The notes under the pieces: model-generated
What the model saw: the letters and a program-made list of their open reading frames with translations, nothing else
Database searches by the model: none
Told to the model about the DNA's origin: nothing
Shown here: positions 40,560-55,601 of the stretch, one piece after another
Layout of the letters: each line of letters starts with the position of its first letter
How positions within the stretch are numbered: position 1 is the stretch's first letter
Program-made: the position numbers and the translations under genes
Source of the DNA: Lama guanicoe
Lineage: Eukaryota
DNA: 64,000 nt
Direction of reading: 5' to 3'
Assembly (NCBI GenBank): GCA_013239625.1
Contig: MU053934.1
Location: 1,915,031 to 1,979,030, forward strand

Positions 40560-41720
40560 AAAATCTGTATGTAGGCAAAATAATGTATTTAGAAATATGT
40601 AAGAATTACATAGGGACCCATGTGACTAGTCTACTTGACTGTGGGTGAATAGTGGCAAATGACAAGAAAAGCAGGTTGGTATCCTTGCGGAGGGCCTAGG
40701 ACATCAAGCTACGTATTTCAGACCTAATCTTTAAAGACTGTTTGAGAGGGAAAGAGGGCTACAAAAATAACATTTTGTGAAAATGGCCCTTGGTGGCTGC
40801 AGGAAGAATGGAAAGGGAAACAACCAAAAGGTGGGGAGGCCAAACAGGGGCTACTACCACAACAGCCTACAGATTACTGAAGCAAAAATCACATGTTAGC
40901 AGTAGGAATAAAGAAGGAACAGATATAGAAGACATTACAAAGACAGCATCCACAGGAACTGGAGACTGTTCAGATACACAGCATAAGACAGAAGGCAATT
41001 AAATGTAACACCAAGGTTCTAAGTCTAGTAACTGGTCAAATAAGTATAACTCTGCTAAAAAAGGGAAGTCAGAGCATGAACCAGTTTGAAGTTGGAGCAA
41101 GACATCCAACAGAAAATGTCTAGGTGGCAGCCCCAGAAGAGAAGTCAGGGCTAGAAATGAAGATCCAAGAGGAGTATGGGAGGAATAGTCAAGGCCACAA
41201 TGATTTAGTCCACATGTACTGAACAGCAACCATGTGCTTCAAAAAAGAAGAGAGGGAGAAAAGAGAAAGAAGAGAGAAGAGAAAAAAGAAAAGAAAAGAA
41301 AAGAAAAGTAAAAGAGAAAGGAAAAGAAAAGAAAGGAGGGAGGGAGGAAAGAAGGAAAGAGGAAAAGAGAGAACAGTTGATATAAGGCAAAGGCTGAAAA
41401 TAGAACCTTAAGGAATACTCACTTCTAGAAGGCAGAAATAGCAACAAAGGATAAAAAGATTAAGCTGGATTGTGTCCTATTCACAAAAGCCAGGACACAG
41501 AGGACATCTGTTACTTTTCCTCTATCCTGTGTCCCTTACACTAGGGAAAGTATTTCATAAATTAATACCAGAGATGAGCATACAACAATGTCAAGCAGAA
41601 ATACAGAAAGGTTAAAGAGAATGAGAATTTAGAAAAAATGATTGAATTTAGCAAAGAGGAGATTAATAGGAGTTTTGAGAGAATTGTTTTAGTAATGTCA
41701 GTAAAAAGATTGCAGCAACA
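40560..41720 (-). mobile_element. Highly decayed L2 with an internal purine-rich low-complexity tract (41240-41372)
   Basis: Scattered L2-like motifs and (GAAAA/GGAA)n. Confidence 0.5.
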
Positions 41721-43265
41721 TTGATAAATTCATGATCAGAATGAAGAATAGACATGATGCCTGCATATAAACTTTAACAGAACTTCCTACCTTTGGTTAC
41801 TTCTTTGTCTTCCAAGTGGTAATTAAACACAAAAATAATTATTGATACATTCAACTACCCACTGTTGCCTCTATCAAGGTGGATTTTTATCTTGTTTTTG
41901 TTTTTTGCCTCTCTGTCTTCGATCATACCGTTTTTGTACCCATTTCAAAATGTCCAAAGCTGAAAAATGGACTCCATCAAGGCCTACCTTACATACTATA
42001 TGCCCCACGAAGCTCCTCCTGATTATTTCCAGCTGGAAGTAATTTCTCTTTTGTCTGAACATCATGATGCTTTATTTCTAGCTGACTTACAGCACTTACC
42101 ACTTTCTATACATTCTCAGGCATACTTGTTTTACTAGATGATTTCTTTAAGGATAGGACTTGTCTCTTCAACTTTGTATTTTTTCAAAGAATTAAGCCAA
42201 TACCTTTACCAATACCAATATCAGATATGCTCATCACTATACAAAAAGGGAGAGTCTGCAATTACTTGAAAATACAAATCAGAGGTAAATAAACTAATCA
42301 CCGTACACAGACCATCTTTTATTTGTTCATTCAGTCAACATTCATTCAACCAAGATATCCCCAACGCTGTATGAAGCCCTAGGAACAGAAAAAGCTCTCA
42401 AAGAGCTGACAATAAGGGAGAGAAAGTAGAAAATAGTAAGTACCAAAACACTATTTGATAAAGGACACACCTACTACAATGTGGCTTGGGAGAAAAATAA
42501 AGAAGCAACTGTTACTGCAGCCGCCACTGTCACCATCTAATTTCCCAGGGTGGTGGAAACCAGGGATACTTCACAAGCAGTTAATGCTTGCAATGAATTG
42601 TGAAAAGCTAGTAAGAGCTTTCCAGGAGGACTGAGGTCAGTAGTGAGCATAAGCAAAGCCACACTTAGGGTACTTACAGAAAGGTAGGCAGGTAAATATA
42701 TGCAAAAAAGTCAAAAAGCCTTTTAAAAAATATTTATATAAGAGTTATCTTGGTTGCAAGGTCTGGTAAAAATTGTTGAATTTTTTACACCAATGGAAAT
42801 GTTTTAAATTGTTTCTGCCAAGAAGAGCAAATCACAGTGAAGTCCAGAAACACTCCTTTGTATGACACATGGTACAAAAGGAGGTGCAGTAATAACAAGG
42901 TATGCCAAGTATGGCTGAAATATGTTATTCTGTTTAGAGTGACAGACGTGGCATGCAAACTGTGAGGCCAGGAATTAGCATTTTTGTTAGAAGTGTCTTT
43001 CATCACTTTTTCATTCTAAATCAGTACTACCAAGAGGTAAAACATATCCATAAATCATAGGACAATAGACATTCACTTTAAATCCAAAAGGCAAAAAAGT
43101 ACATAAAAGATAAGGGTAAATGTGCAACCTTTATAACAGAAAAATATCGTAAATATTCTAATACTGTTCAGGAAATACGTCTACAAATGATGCCACAGTT
43201 ACCTTATATAATAGTGCTTTTTACCCTCTGCAGAAATTTTCATCTCAACTAACTCATAGTATCTC

Positions 43266-43731
43266 TGTGGTAGATCACAAAAATGGTCACAATATTTCAT
43301 AGCCTCCCTATCAAGAGGTGGAATTTTCTCTCCACTGCTTGAATTTGGTCCTAGCTTTGTGACTTGCATTGGCCATTGGGACACTGAGAGCAGAGGCTTG
43401 ACAGCTGCTTGTTTGTTCACTGGGGCTGCCCTCTCTTGCTCCTCTCTGGAACCCTGGGCTTACCATGTGAAGAGCTGTGACAGATGAGAAACCAAGTGGA
43501 ATAAGGATGAACTGTTCCTGTTGAGCAACCCTTGCCCCAACCAATGAAGGAGCTTGCCGACTGCCAGACGTGAAAGTGAGGTCATCCTAGACCACCCGGG
43601 GCCCATCCAACCCAGACTAGAAGAATCACTCAAATTCCTGACCCACAGAATTGTGAATAAATAAATGATTAACGTTGTTTTAAGCCATTAAGTTTTGGGG
43701 AGGTTTGTTATGCAGCAAAACCTAACAGACA
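43266..43731 (+). mobile_element. MaLR solo LTR (MLT1F-like)
   Basis: TG...CA ends; tttgtgacttgcattggcca; aataaa; ttttaagccattaagttttggggaggtttgttatgcagcaa. Confidence 0.85.
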
Positions 43732-43779
43732 TAATCTCATTCACTGCATAGCATTAAAAGGTATATCTAAATATTGGCA

Positions 43780-44030
43780 CTGGTGCCACACTGTCTTAAT
43801 TACTGTAGCTTGAAATCAGGCTGTGTTTTTCTTTTTCATAAGTGTTTTGGCTCTTCTAGGTGCTTGGCATTTCCATATAAATTTTAGAATCAGCTTATTA
43901 ATTTCTATAAAAACCTTGCTTGGATTTTGATTGGGATTACATTGAACCATAGATCAGTTTGGGAAGAATTACTGTCTTAAGAATATCAATTCTTCTAGCC
44001 TATGGACATAGTATATCTCTTCATTTCACT
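43780..44030 (-). mobile_element. Inverted L1 ORF2 fragment
   Basis: ccatataaattttagaatcagctt...ttgattgggattacattgaa. Confidence 0.8.
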
Positions 44031-44161
44031 ATTCAAAAATAGATTTTTAAAGGTTATGACCTTTTTCAATGTATGTGCTAAAATCAAATGCTATACCTGG
44101 GGGTATAGCACCTCATTAACAGTTTTCCAAAGTCCACTAAATTCCATAATATTCACATCCA

Positions 44162-45510
44162 TATAAGACAGTGTGGTATTGGTGTCAAACAGAAAAACAG
44201 ATCAATGGAACAGAATAGAAAGTCCAAAAACAGGTGCAAAGGCAACTCAGTGGAGAAAGAACAGTCTTTTCAACAAGTGGTACCAGAACAACAGGATATC
44301 CATATGTAATAAAAATGAACCTAGAGCTGCAGTTTATGCCATATACAAAATTTAACTAAAAATGAACCATGGATCTAAAAATGTAAAAATATGAAACTGT
44401 AAGACTTCAAATAGAAAATCTCTGCAACCTTGGATTAGGCAAAGATTTCTAAGATATGACACCAAAAACACAATTCATTAAAGGACAAATTAATAAATTG
44501 GACTTCATTAAAAACTTTCGCTCTTCAAAAGACACTGTGAGGAAAATAAAAAAACAAGTGATAAATGAGGGAAAATATTGCATATATCTGATAAAGGATA
44601 TCCAGAATATATAAGAACTCTCCAAGCTCAACTGTAAGAAAACAAGTAACTCATTTTTTTTAAAAAATGGGCAAAAGATTTGGACACTTGACCAAAGAAG
44701 ATACAGGGATCCTAAACGATACTTGAAAAGATGTTCAACATCACTACTTAATAGGAAATTAAAACCACAACAATACCACTACATGCCTATTAGAATGACT
44801 AAAATTAAAAAGACTGACAATACCAAGGGTTGGCAAGGCTACGTAGGAACAAAAAGTCTCAAATACTGTTGGTAGGAATGTTAAATGGTATAGCCAGTGT
44901 GGAAACAGCATAGGAATTTCTTAAAAAGTTAATTATACACCAAACATATGATCCATGCAGTCCACTTCTAAGTATTTACCCAAGAGAAATGAAAACATAT
45001 ATCCATATAAAGACGTGTACATGAATACTCATAACAGCTTTATGTGTCATTGCCTAAAACTGAAAACAACCCAAATGTCCATGAACAGATAAATACATGA
45101 TGAACAACTTGCGGTATATCCACAATGGACTATTACTTAGCATTAAAAATAAATGAGCCATCAGTAAATGAAATAACATGGATGAATCTCACAATAACTA
45201 TACTGGGTGAAAGAAGCCAGGAAAAAATAATATTGTATGTTCCCATAAAAATACAAGAAAAAGGATACCAATCTATAGCGCCAGAAAGCAGATCAGTGGT
45301 TGCTTGGAAATGTGCAAGAAGTGGGTGGGGATTGGAAGGATTACAAAGGGGTACAAAGAAACCTTTGGAGATGATTAATATATTTATTATCTGGGTTGTG
45401 GTGATGATTTCATGGGTGTACACATATGTCAAAACTTAAATTATAAGCTTTACATATGTATGGTTTATTCTATATCAATTATACTTCAATCAAGCTATTT
45501 AAAAATTAAA
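44162..45510 (+). mobile_element. Ancient L1M ORF2 3' part and 3'UTR
   Basis: Decayed ORF2 peptide (DQWNRIESP...SLFNKW) and an L1M-type 3'UTR. Confidence 0.9.
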
Positions 45511-45919
45511 ACAGTGAATTCCTGCCTGACTTACTGCAATGAATTTTCAGAGGGCTAGTTATTTTCTTTTGTGGGGGAGTGTGGACTGGTAAGGGGATGT
45601 AGGGGAAAGTCACCAGTATGCCCTAAAACATTATAGAAAAAGTCTTATAAAAAGGAAGATTATGGGTATGGTGGCAAATTAAATATGAGATTTAAGCAGA
45701 AGAAAAAGGCAAGTTCTTCTGAAAATGACTTCTGATTAGTCTAGGTTAGACCCCTGCCACACGCCCCCTTAGCATTTGTTCATATCCTTTTCAACTTGTC
45801 ACACACGTAATTTCTGCCTCTCCCACTCCAGGAGAGCAGGGGCTATACAGTCTGCCTTATTCCTTAAAATACCCCTAATAGTCAGCAGAGTGGCTGATCG
45901 GTGTCCATAAGCAACACAC

Positions 45920-46150
45920 TGTGTGGTTAAGAGTCCAGGGTTCTGAAGCCAAACCACTGGGATTCAAATTGCAGCTCCATCACTTTTAGCTGTGTAACTC
46001 CGGAGAAGTTGTTTAATATCTCTGCCTCAGGTCCTTCATCTGGAAAAAGGAGATAGTAATAATACCTACCTCATAGGGCAGGCACAATGATTAAATCAGC
46101 TAACGTAGGAATAGGCTTGGCATACAGCAAATATTAAATCATAGTTGCTG
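45920..46150 (+). mobile_element. MIR SINE
   Basis: gtggttaagagt...agctgtgtaac...aatacctacctcataggg. Confidence 0.85.
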
Positions 46151-47258
46151 TTTTTGTCACTGTCGTCATCGTCTCCTCCAATAATTTAAGAAAAGCACTT
46201 AAAGGAGATTCAGAATTACCTGATTTATGAAGCCAGATCTATATCTGAGGAGTAAGTGGTCTCAACAGGAAGCAGAGAGTATGTAAAGAGCCATATAATT
46301 GTGTCAGAAGGAGGAAGGCGGGGACCTCCTACGCATATGGCAATACATTTCTGTTGAATGATTTACTCAAGGTGAGAAGAACATGCTTGACCAAGAAGGG
46401 GAGGTTGGTAAATAAAGCAGCAGAGAAAGTACCATGTTTTTTATCCCAAAGCAAATCTCAAAGTGCAAGGCAGGTAACATGTTCTCTCTTTCTAACTAAT
46501 AGTACCAAAACACAATGAGAAATCATACCCTTGTGTTAAAGACGGAAAGCTAACCAAAAGGCGAGGCCGTGTACTGCCTCTCTTCTTGGAATGTGCTCAT
46601 CATGCTCATGCCTTACAGATGAACTGTCAGGCATCACCTGACATTCATCCCTACTGGGGATGGGGACAGGGCTCTCTCTGATAGCAGCAGTGCAGCAGTA
46701 TGGGATTCTTCGGGTTGGCACCAGCCTCTTCCTTGATTCAGACCTATAATCTCTTCTGACTTTGATTTAATACAGCAATTACTGGTAATGTGGTTTGAAG
46801 GAGATAAATGCCCAGGGTAGCCGGCTGTCACTTACTCTGCTTATGATGCAAGAACATTCTTTAATTAAAATTCTCTTTATGATAAAGAAGCTGCTTCACT
46901 GAATGGTTCTGTGCAGCCCCGATATGGAGCTTCCCCCAAAGCGGATTAGAAATCAAAGTTGCCCCTCCTTACTTTTGGCAAAGCATACAGATACACAATA
47001 TTACTCCATCACCTAAAATGAGTTCCTTAACCCTAAATTTTTCTCATTATTATAATTAGATCCTGGTATCAACTTCTTTCCACTTCTCACAACCACAATG
47101 TCAGCATTATAGTATTCCCAATAATGAAGACGCATCTCTCATTTTTGTAAAGGAGATCCCTTAATTTCCTTTTAAATAAATATGCAAGGTAAACATTCAT
47201 AAACATACATGCATACAAAGACTCTGTACCCATTTCCTTTAAAAATAAAAGATAGCTG

Positions 47259-47310
47259 AATATAATATAATATAATATAATATAATATAATATAATATAA
47301 TATAATATAA
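47259..47310 (+). repeat. (TATAA)10 pentanucleotide repeat
   Basis: Directly visible perfect array. Confidence 0.95.
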
Positions 47311-49589
47311 CATAAGTCTGGTTTTATTTTAATTCATAATGCAATGGTTTGTTATATAGTTTATATCTAGGAATCCTTGAATAACTGTCATAAGTGAAAT
47401 AAGCATAGAAAGATTAATAGAATCCACCAGGGCTGTTTTGCCCACGACATAAAGCCATCATGTTCTGAAAGATGGAATCTACATTAGATACTCCAATTGT
47501 TGGTTAACCAACAAGAGCAAGAACCACTCAACAACTAGAGGGAGAAAGTAATTACATGGGGCCTCGAGAAAGATCATCTGGAATTGGTTTGCTAGTTCCT
47601 GAATCAATCAGTAAAACTGATGCTCCAATTTCAAAACTTCCCACCCCTAAAAAAAGAAATCAGAAAAAAAAATACTACTCTACAGTTAGCTTAGCTAGGA
47701 TCTATTATTTTGATTGCCTTGGAGAGGATAGTCATTGACAATTATCTTTTTCAAAAAAAATAAAGAAACAGAGAGCACAAGGTCTACATCAGTTGTTTTC
47801 TACAAAGTGGAAGCAAGGAGATCTCAGACCAAATGCATACTTTCCTTTCCAATGGCACACAGTGTGATTTTAACGTGAAGGTCAGAAGTTAAGAACTGAT
47901 TTTGTATTCTGCTGCAGGAGACTGGAGTCTCCGTTACAATCAATTCAACTAATATATTTTGACTATGAGCCTCTAAACTCAAATAACATCCCCCTCTCAG
48001 AAGAGTGCCATATGCCTGCTCAGGAAATCCAAGATGAAGACTAGATTCCCTCTCAGGAGGCCTTGCCAAGACCCATTTTAATCTTAGGTGTATGAACACA
48101 GAACTGATGTCATCCTTGCAATACTAATGCTATTCTGGAGAAGTCTGCCTCTGTAGTTCCATGTGAGAAAAGTGACCTTCTTTTTGAGAGAGAGAGAGAG
48201 AGGGCTGGTGGAGAGAGATATCTTTGGAAAAACAACTATATGAATATATACAATACAGAAATACAACCCAGCCCTTAGGGAAATGGCCTGGCATAATTAA
48301 CAAGATTAAAGAAGGATTTAGGATAAATAAGATGAAAGTTAGTCTGATCCTTACAGGATTAAACTCAAAATCCTAATATGAATCCAACGATTTTTAAGAT
48401 CAACACCATATAACAGGATTAAACCAATAGCTGCTTTTGTTTTCGTATTGGAAATAATCACATGTTGGCAAATCTAAGCCTCGGGCACCACCTCAGCAGG
48501 TAAACAGCTGGAGTTCAGGCCTAAAAATTGCGGCCTTTACTCTAACTTGGCTTGCTGAGTGCCTGTCTCCATAGGTCCAAATCCCTTATGTGTAGATCCA
48601 AAGCTCAAAAGGTTTCGAAAACTGTTTCCTTCTTTCTTCTCCCCTCCCTCACCAAAACTTTCTTTTATGGTAGTGGAAAGGGGACTCATTTGGTGATAAA
48701 ATGGGACCCAAACACCATAACTGGTGTGAATATTAAAATACATTTCTCTGTAAATATATCAATGAATGTGATGACCATGTGTTGCCCATGCCCAACAAGG
48801 GTGTTACCCTAACACAGAGTATAGATACTACTTTTCCTTTCTAAAGTCTAAAAGATTCCAAATTACAATAGATATCTGGCCCCAAGGGTTTCAGATAAAG
48901 GCCCGTGGAACTGTAATAACTTTCCAAATGTGTAGTTTAATTTAAAAAGGGTACCATGACATGAATAATGGCAAATTTAGGAAAACAAATTAAATTGCTG
49001 ACACAATAAGTAACCAACATGCCAAATAATGGCTATCAAACTGCAGCCAGGGTGTCTAAGACAGACATGCGCTGGGGATAAATTAGAAGAGATAGAGACC
49101 CAGCTGGAACCATATATGTTACAGGCTGATAATTACATTTTAATAACGGCCAGAAAAATTGTACATTTTGAGGAAATTTTCTCAAAAGTCTACTTTAGGG
49201 GTTTTTAACACTTGCCATAAATCAAAGGTAAACAACAGCAAAAAAGAAATTGGGAGTGGGGGAATTATATACCAGAAAAGACACCACGAAGGTTCTATTC
49301 AAATAGCATAATTAGATAGATGTCTATTTCGTAAAAATTGCTAATTCTTACAATTTTAATTCCTAAAAAAATTTAAATAATTCAGAAAGACAGTTTGGAA
49401 GACAGCACATGTACCATTTATTTCTGTTGGGACATTTGTATTAATAAATTAATTTTTAAATTCACATTTATATTTATAAATTAACTTTTAAAAACACCAG
49501 TTATTTCTTTTGGAACACTTACATTTATACATTAACTTATATGCATGTTTCTCTTTGACAGAAATACTATCAATTAATATAAAACTAGC

Positions 49590-51730
49590 AAACTTCTGCT
49601 TCCAGGAAGGAGTACACACACTTCTCTATTCCTCCCACTAAGCACAATTTAAGATACTAGACATTTTATATATTAAACAAACATGAGAAGACTCTTAAAA
49701 GGTGAAGAGAAGAAAGCAAACTGGGTCAGGACCTCAGAACATGGTGGAGTTTCCTGGAGTTTTTTTTAAGCCTTATACAGCACAAACTTGGAGCTAAAGA
49801 ACCTGAAAAGGCCAATGGGTTCAGATTAAAAAGCTGCCAATGAAAGCTTGCTCTCTGCAACCAAAGGACATGGAAAAGGCCACTGTAGGAAGCTAGAAAA
49901 TTTTAGACTGCACTAGTCCAGCCATACCCCTAACCCTATTGCCATGCACAGCAGCAAAGGCCAAGTGGCAAGCCTGGACTTTTACCCTCACCAGGCTATA
50001 ACCAGGCATCCCAACACCCGTGTCCAAGTAATCTAATTGTTAGAGAAGGAGAATTAGGGAGCCTATGTAGTCATCTCCAGAAAACTATAAAACTTTCAGG
50101 GAAAAACAGAAGAAAATCTTCAGGACTTAGGCCTAGGCATAGAGTTCTTAGACTTAATACCAAAAACATGATTAACAAAAGGATATCAAAAATTGATAAA
50201 TTAAACTTCATGAAAATTTAAAGCTTTTGTTGCATAAAAGACCCCGAAAGGTAAGGAAAAGACAAGTCACAGGTAGGAGAAAATATCTGCAAGCCACCTA
50301 TATGACAAAGGACTAGCACTGAGAATACAGAAGGAACTCTCAAACTCAATGGTAAAGAAACAACCCAATCAGATCATAGGCAAAAGATACTTACACCACC
50401 AAAGAGGATATACAAACAGTGAATAAGCACATGGAAGGATGTTCATCACTAGACATTAGGGAAATGCATATTAAAACTATAATGAGATGCCACTACGTAT
50501 CTATCAGAAAAGCTTTTTAAAAAAGGTAACATCAAATACTGGTGAGGATGTAGAAAAACTGAGCAACTCATACATTGCTGGTGGGGATGTAAAACAGTAC
50601 AGTCACTGCAAAAACAGTTGAGCTGTTACCTAAGAAATTAAAGATGCAATTGCCACAGGACCCAGCAATGGCACTCCTGGGCATTTCGTCCGAAAAAATG
50701 TTCACACAAAAATCTACACACAAATGTTTACAGCAACTTTATCCATAATGGGTAAAAAACTGGAAATAACCCAGATATCTTTCAATGTGTGAATGTTTAA
50801 ACAAACTATGGTACATCCAAACCATAGAATACTACTAAGCAATAAAAAGGAACAGCTGATTGTTATATGCAACAACCAGGATGAATCTCCAGAGAATTAT
50901 GCTTAGTTTTAATATGCAATTCCAGAAAATCATATGCTGTACAATTCCATTTATATAACATTCTTAAAATGACAAGGATACAGAAACAGAGGAGAATAAT
51001 GGTTGCCATGAATAAAGGAGATGTAGGGGCATGTGGGAAGTGCCTGTGGCTATAAATGAACAACTAGAAGGGATCCTTGTGGTGATGGATACGTTCTGTA
51101 TCTTGAGAGTATCATTGTCAACTTCTTGGTTGTGATATTGTACTAGAGTTTTGCAAGATGTTACCATTGGAGGAAACTGGGCTGGGGGGAAGGGAGGTAC
51201 ATGGGCTCTCTCTGTACTATTTCTTACAACTGAATGCAAATCTACAATTATCTGAACATAAAAAGTTTAATGGAAAGAACAATCTATCTATTGCTATAAA
51301 GGACATTATTGGGACAACTGTCAAATTGGAATGTGGGCTGCAGATAAGATGGTAATATCCATATTAAATGTCCTGGTTTTGATAATGTACTATGGTTATG
51401 TAAGAGACTGCCCTTGTTTTTAGAAAATAAATATGGGGAAGTATCTGGGACTAAAGGGACATGATATATACATATGTACACACATACACATGTATACATA
51501 CAAATATATATTTTTAAAATTTCTTTTCAAAATACTCAGAAAAATTATAGAAAGAAGAGATAACAGTAAAGAAAATGTGGCAAAATGACAAGAAAAGAAA
51601 CTCGGGGTTATGGATATATTCATTATCTTGACTGTGTCACAGGTGTTTACCTATGTCAAAACACCATCAAATACCATTTTAAATATGTGCAGTGAATCTA
51701 CAATTTTCTCAAAATAAAAAGTTTAATTTA
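49590..51730 (+). mobile_element. Composite ancient L1M: 5'UTR remnant (49590-50075) joined to ORF2 tail and L1MC-type 3'UTRs
   Basis: acttctgcttccaggaag 5' motif; ORF2 tail; ttttgcaagatgttaccattggaggaaactgg 3'UTR. Confidence 0.8.
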
Positions 51731-53963
51731 AAAACAGCCCTGAAATCCAGAGGAATCTGAATATATCTGGCAGCACTTTTATATTCTGATGTCACTCAGA
51801 ACACCACAACATGATTATGCCTGCTGTTTATATTATTACATCATATGATTCTTCCCAAAGAGTTACCAAAACATTTTATGGACTTTACAATATATTCTTT
51901 GTGTTCACCGAACACATAGGACACATCACAGGACAAAATCAGTGTGCAGACACTGCCTCATTACAGCCTTTTATTTATTACCTGTGCTTCTTAAATATAT
52001 TAAACTAAAGGTTTTTGCCTTGGTAAGCACTATTAGAACTTAAGAGATGTTTCCTCAATTAATATGTTTGATTAGCTTCTCTCCCCCATTAGCACTCTTT
52101 AAAAATTATTTTGTGAAAGAAAAAAAAGGATTCACACCTTCCATTTGATCATCAATATCAGAGTTAAATTTTTTTGTTCTTTATTACTTCCAGACTAAGT
52201 TCCCTTCAATCACCTTAGCCAAAACAAAATGAGTATCAAACAAAAAACATACTTTTAGGTATGATTATTGTATCAATGTAATATCCAACACTGTATATCA
52301 CACCACTTATAAAAAATTATTTTTATATTACCTATGTAAACTATTAAAACTGAAAGGAAGGAAGGAAGGAAGGGAGAAGGATTAAGATAAAAGTTCTGGT
52401 TCAAATCAATTAAGGACCAATATGTAGAATCTTTCTAGAAAGTCTGGGTTAATACTACAGTACTCATTACTTCCCACTTAAGCCAACAACCATGGGAAAG
52501 AATCTATTACAGATACTTTGGAATCATCTTTTAAAACTAAGATAGCATGCATAAGATTCCCCTAAAATAATATTAAATAGTATGATATTATTTACCATCC
52601 AAATCAAAACAATCTAGGAAAATCAACCCCTAAGTTCTAAAGTATTTGTGAGGCCAGGAAGGAATAACTGTTTTATTTGCTATCTCCTTCCTTTCATTCC
52701 AGCTAGGCTGTCTCACACTCTGTCAGACTTTAGGTCAACAAGTTTAGGGATTCATTCCTACCTTCACCAAGAATATATAAAAGTTGTTCTTTGATGAGGT
52801 AATGGTTTGATTGATTCAGCATCCAAATCAAGCCTGCTTTGTATTCCCAACACTGACAGCAGTGCTTGGCCCACAGTAGGTTTGCATAATGTATTTGCTG
52901 AATAAAAAAATAATAATAATAAAGGAATAAATGATGTCCAAAACCTATTTACTAAATAGGCCTTGAATACCTACTGCTCAGGCACCTTACACAAGAACTG
53001 AATACCTAAAATACTGCCTGGGCTATTTGTCTCAGTATCAAAATTCACCTGCCAAGACCAGTATCCTTGGTTTCTAGATTTTGGCCCATGAGTCTTCAAT
53101 ATCACCTGGCCTTTCAGTTCTTAGCCCCAGTGAGTAAGCCCACTACAGCTCTAGTCTTCTTACATACACAGGACCTCAGTCTAAGTATATCACTTGGATC
53201 CAGCCTGCTATCTCCATCTTCATTACAAGCTGCTATATACAGAAATACTGAATTTCACATTTGCCTCTGTGATCTTGAATCCCTGGCTTGTAGCTCTATG
53301 ATACCTGTGGTTTTAAAGTGACAGTTATGTGACTTGGAGCAATTCTGTATTTGTTGCTTTTTGGTATCCTACAATTTAGTTTGCTAGCAGTTATCCTTTT
53401 ATGATGTATCCTTTTATACAACAGGATAAATGATTTGTTCAGAGACACAGTGAATGACAAAGCCTGGATTGCAGTTTTCCAGGATCTTCTGTCCAGCTCA
53501 TTAAAAAAATATATATATCTCATATTTCAGCTGTATCAATTACCTTCAGTTTTAAAAAAAGTACTAAATAAAGAGACATGAAAAGAAATTAAATTCTTTA
53601 AAATTTAGATTCTATTACTGTCTGGCACAAGAGTACAGGTCTAATGCACACATACATTTTTACCTTGCATCTAAGCCATTTTTTTATCCACATGCCAAGC
53701 AACATTAATCAAACACGTCCTCTGGCACCTAGTTCACTATATTTTAGTTAAGTCTGGGCAGTAGCAGGTGACAGAAGAGTTAACGTGTTCTTAATATGGT
53801 TGAGCCCATGAACATCTGAAAACTGTGTGCAAAATGTGGTAAAAATGTACACTGTTCTATTGTTCTGGGGACCTGGTCCAGAGCTTTCATTCAATTCTTT
53901 ATTTGAGGATGAAGACCTCAAATAAAGATTAACTGAAACAAAAAACCCCACAAAAAGCCCCAA

Positions 53964-54235
53964 ACTTATGGTTACGGGGTGGGGGAGGAGGTGGGAAGGG
54001 ATAAATTGGGAGTTCGAGATTTGCAGATAACAACCAATATATATAAAATGGATAAACAAGAAGCTTATACTGTATAGCACAGGGAACTCTATTCAATATC
54101 TGGTAGTGACTTATGGTGAAAAAGTATGAAAATGAATATATGTATGTTTCTATATGACTGAAGAATTAGCTGTACACCAGAAATCGACACACTGTAAACT
54201 GATGATACTTCAATAAAAATATATTGAAAAAAACA
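53964..54235 (+). mobile_element. Camelid/artiodactyl L1 3' end
   Basis: cttatggttac...gggataaattgggagttcgagatttgc...tatagcacagggaact...acttcaataaaaa. Confidence 0.9.
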
Positions 54236-55601
54236 AATGAACAACAAAAAAACAAAATAAAGATTAAGAACCAATAAGCCAGAAAGTTAACAGGGTTAAC
54301 TGATAATTCCTTCTTTAAGAAGCTGTTCCATTCAAACACTCTGATTTTTCCTTGGTGAACAACTAATATTTCTAATTCAGGTATTTTCCCCAAGCTCACT
54401 TCCTAATCCTACCTCTCTGATGGTTGCCTTTGATTAAAGGGGCTTTAACTTTTGTTTCTAACCCTCATCCTCTTTCACAAAAGCCCCAATACCCTTCTCT
54501 TATAAGGGCTAGGACAGAGACCCAAATCCTAGCCCCACTGTAATTCTTTCAAGTCAGGAACCAACTGACAAAAAACATTCCAGCTTTAACATTCCAACTG
54601 TCTTACTAAGGGGCTAAAACAGTAAGAGAGATCTTTGCTGTGTGTATGTGAGTTTTGTTTTTTTATTAAACAGTTGTTTAAGCCAATCTAGATTCAAATC
54701 CTCAAGGGAAAATCTGGGGTCAAGAATCTGTTGCCCCTTTTTGGTCATGCCTGAATTTTCCTCACACCATCCCACATCTTTTGGTTTGAACAAGCTCTAA
54801 TGACATACTTTACTGCAGGCTTACCAAAGTGGATATTTGTTTTAGTCACTCTGGGAAAATTAGAGACTCAAAACCAGTGTTTCTTACTAATTTAAAAAAT
54901 TCTTGTTTTACAATATTTATTCACTTTTATCTTCTGAATCTTCCATCAGCCCAGAATAGCACATCCAGTCTCACTTTCATGAAATGCTCATTATGACTTA
55001 GATGTTTAAATATTATTTTTTGAACTGTACAGTTTCTCACCCTAGCCCTGAAATTCTGATTTATACCTTCTTCTCATTCTGACTGAGATCATGGCTCTAA
55101 ACATATAGAATGTAAATATAGACTTTTGTGGCAATATCCCTTCAAAAGGTTCAAAATAGTAACCTATATGCAAAAGGATAAGAATAACAGAAAGGGCTTT
55201 TCAACAAATTCTGTTTCATAAGAGAAACAGTAAAGCAGAATAAAAAAACCACAGGAGTTTCTAGCTAACTGAGGACTGTCATACATGAGAATCAATAAAA
55301 TAACACAGAACTACACTGAGAATATCTGGATCACATTATGAACATCAACTGTATTACAGAGTATACACAGTGTCGGAAACTCGCCTGGATTTATACAGAA
55401 CATATGCTTTTCTGGATAAATGGCCGATAAAAGCAAGTCTCAACTTCCTCTCGAAATAGTATAGTATGTTGTTTTTAGGCACTGACTTCCAGTTATTTCA
55501 ACTTTCAGGATTTGTTTGGGAGCCACAAGAGTTTAATGAACTATATTCTTTTGACCTTTTATTCAGAGATGTGTAAAGAAACATGACTCAGTTCTACTTA
55601 C

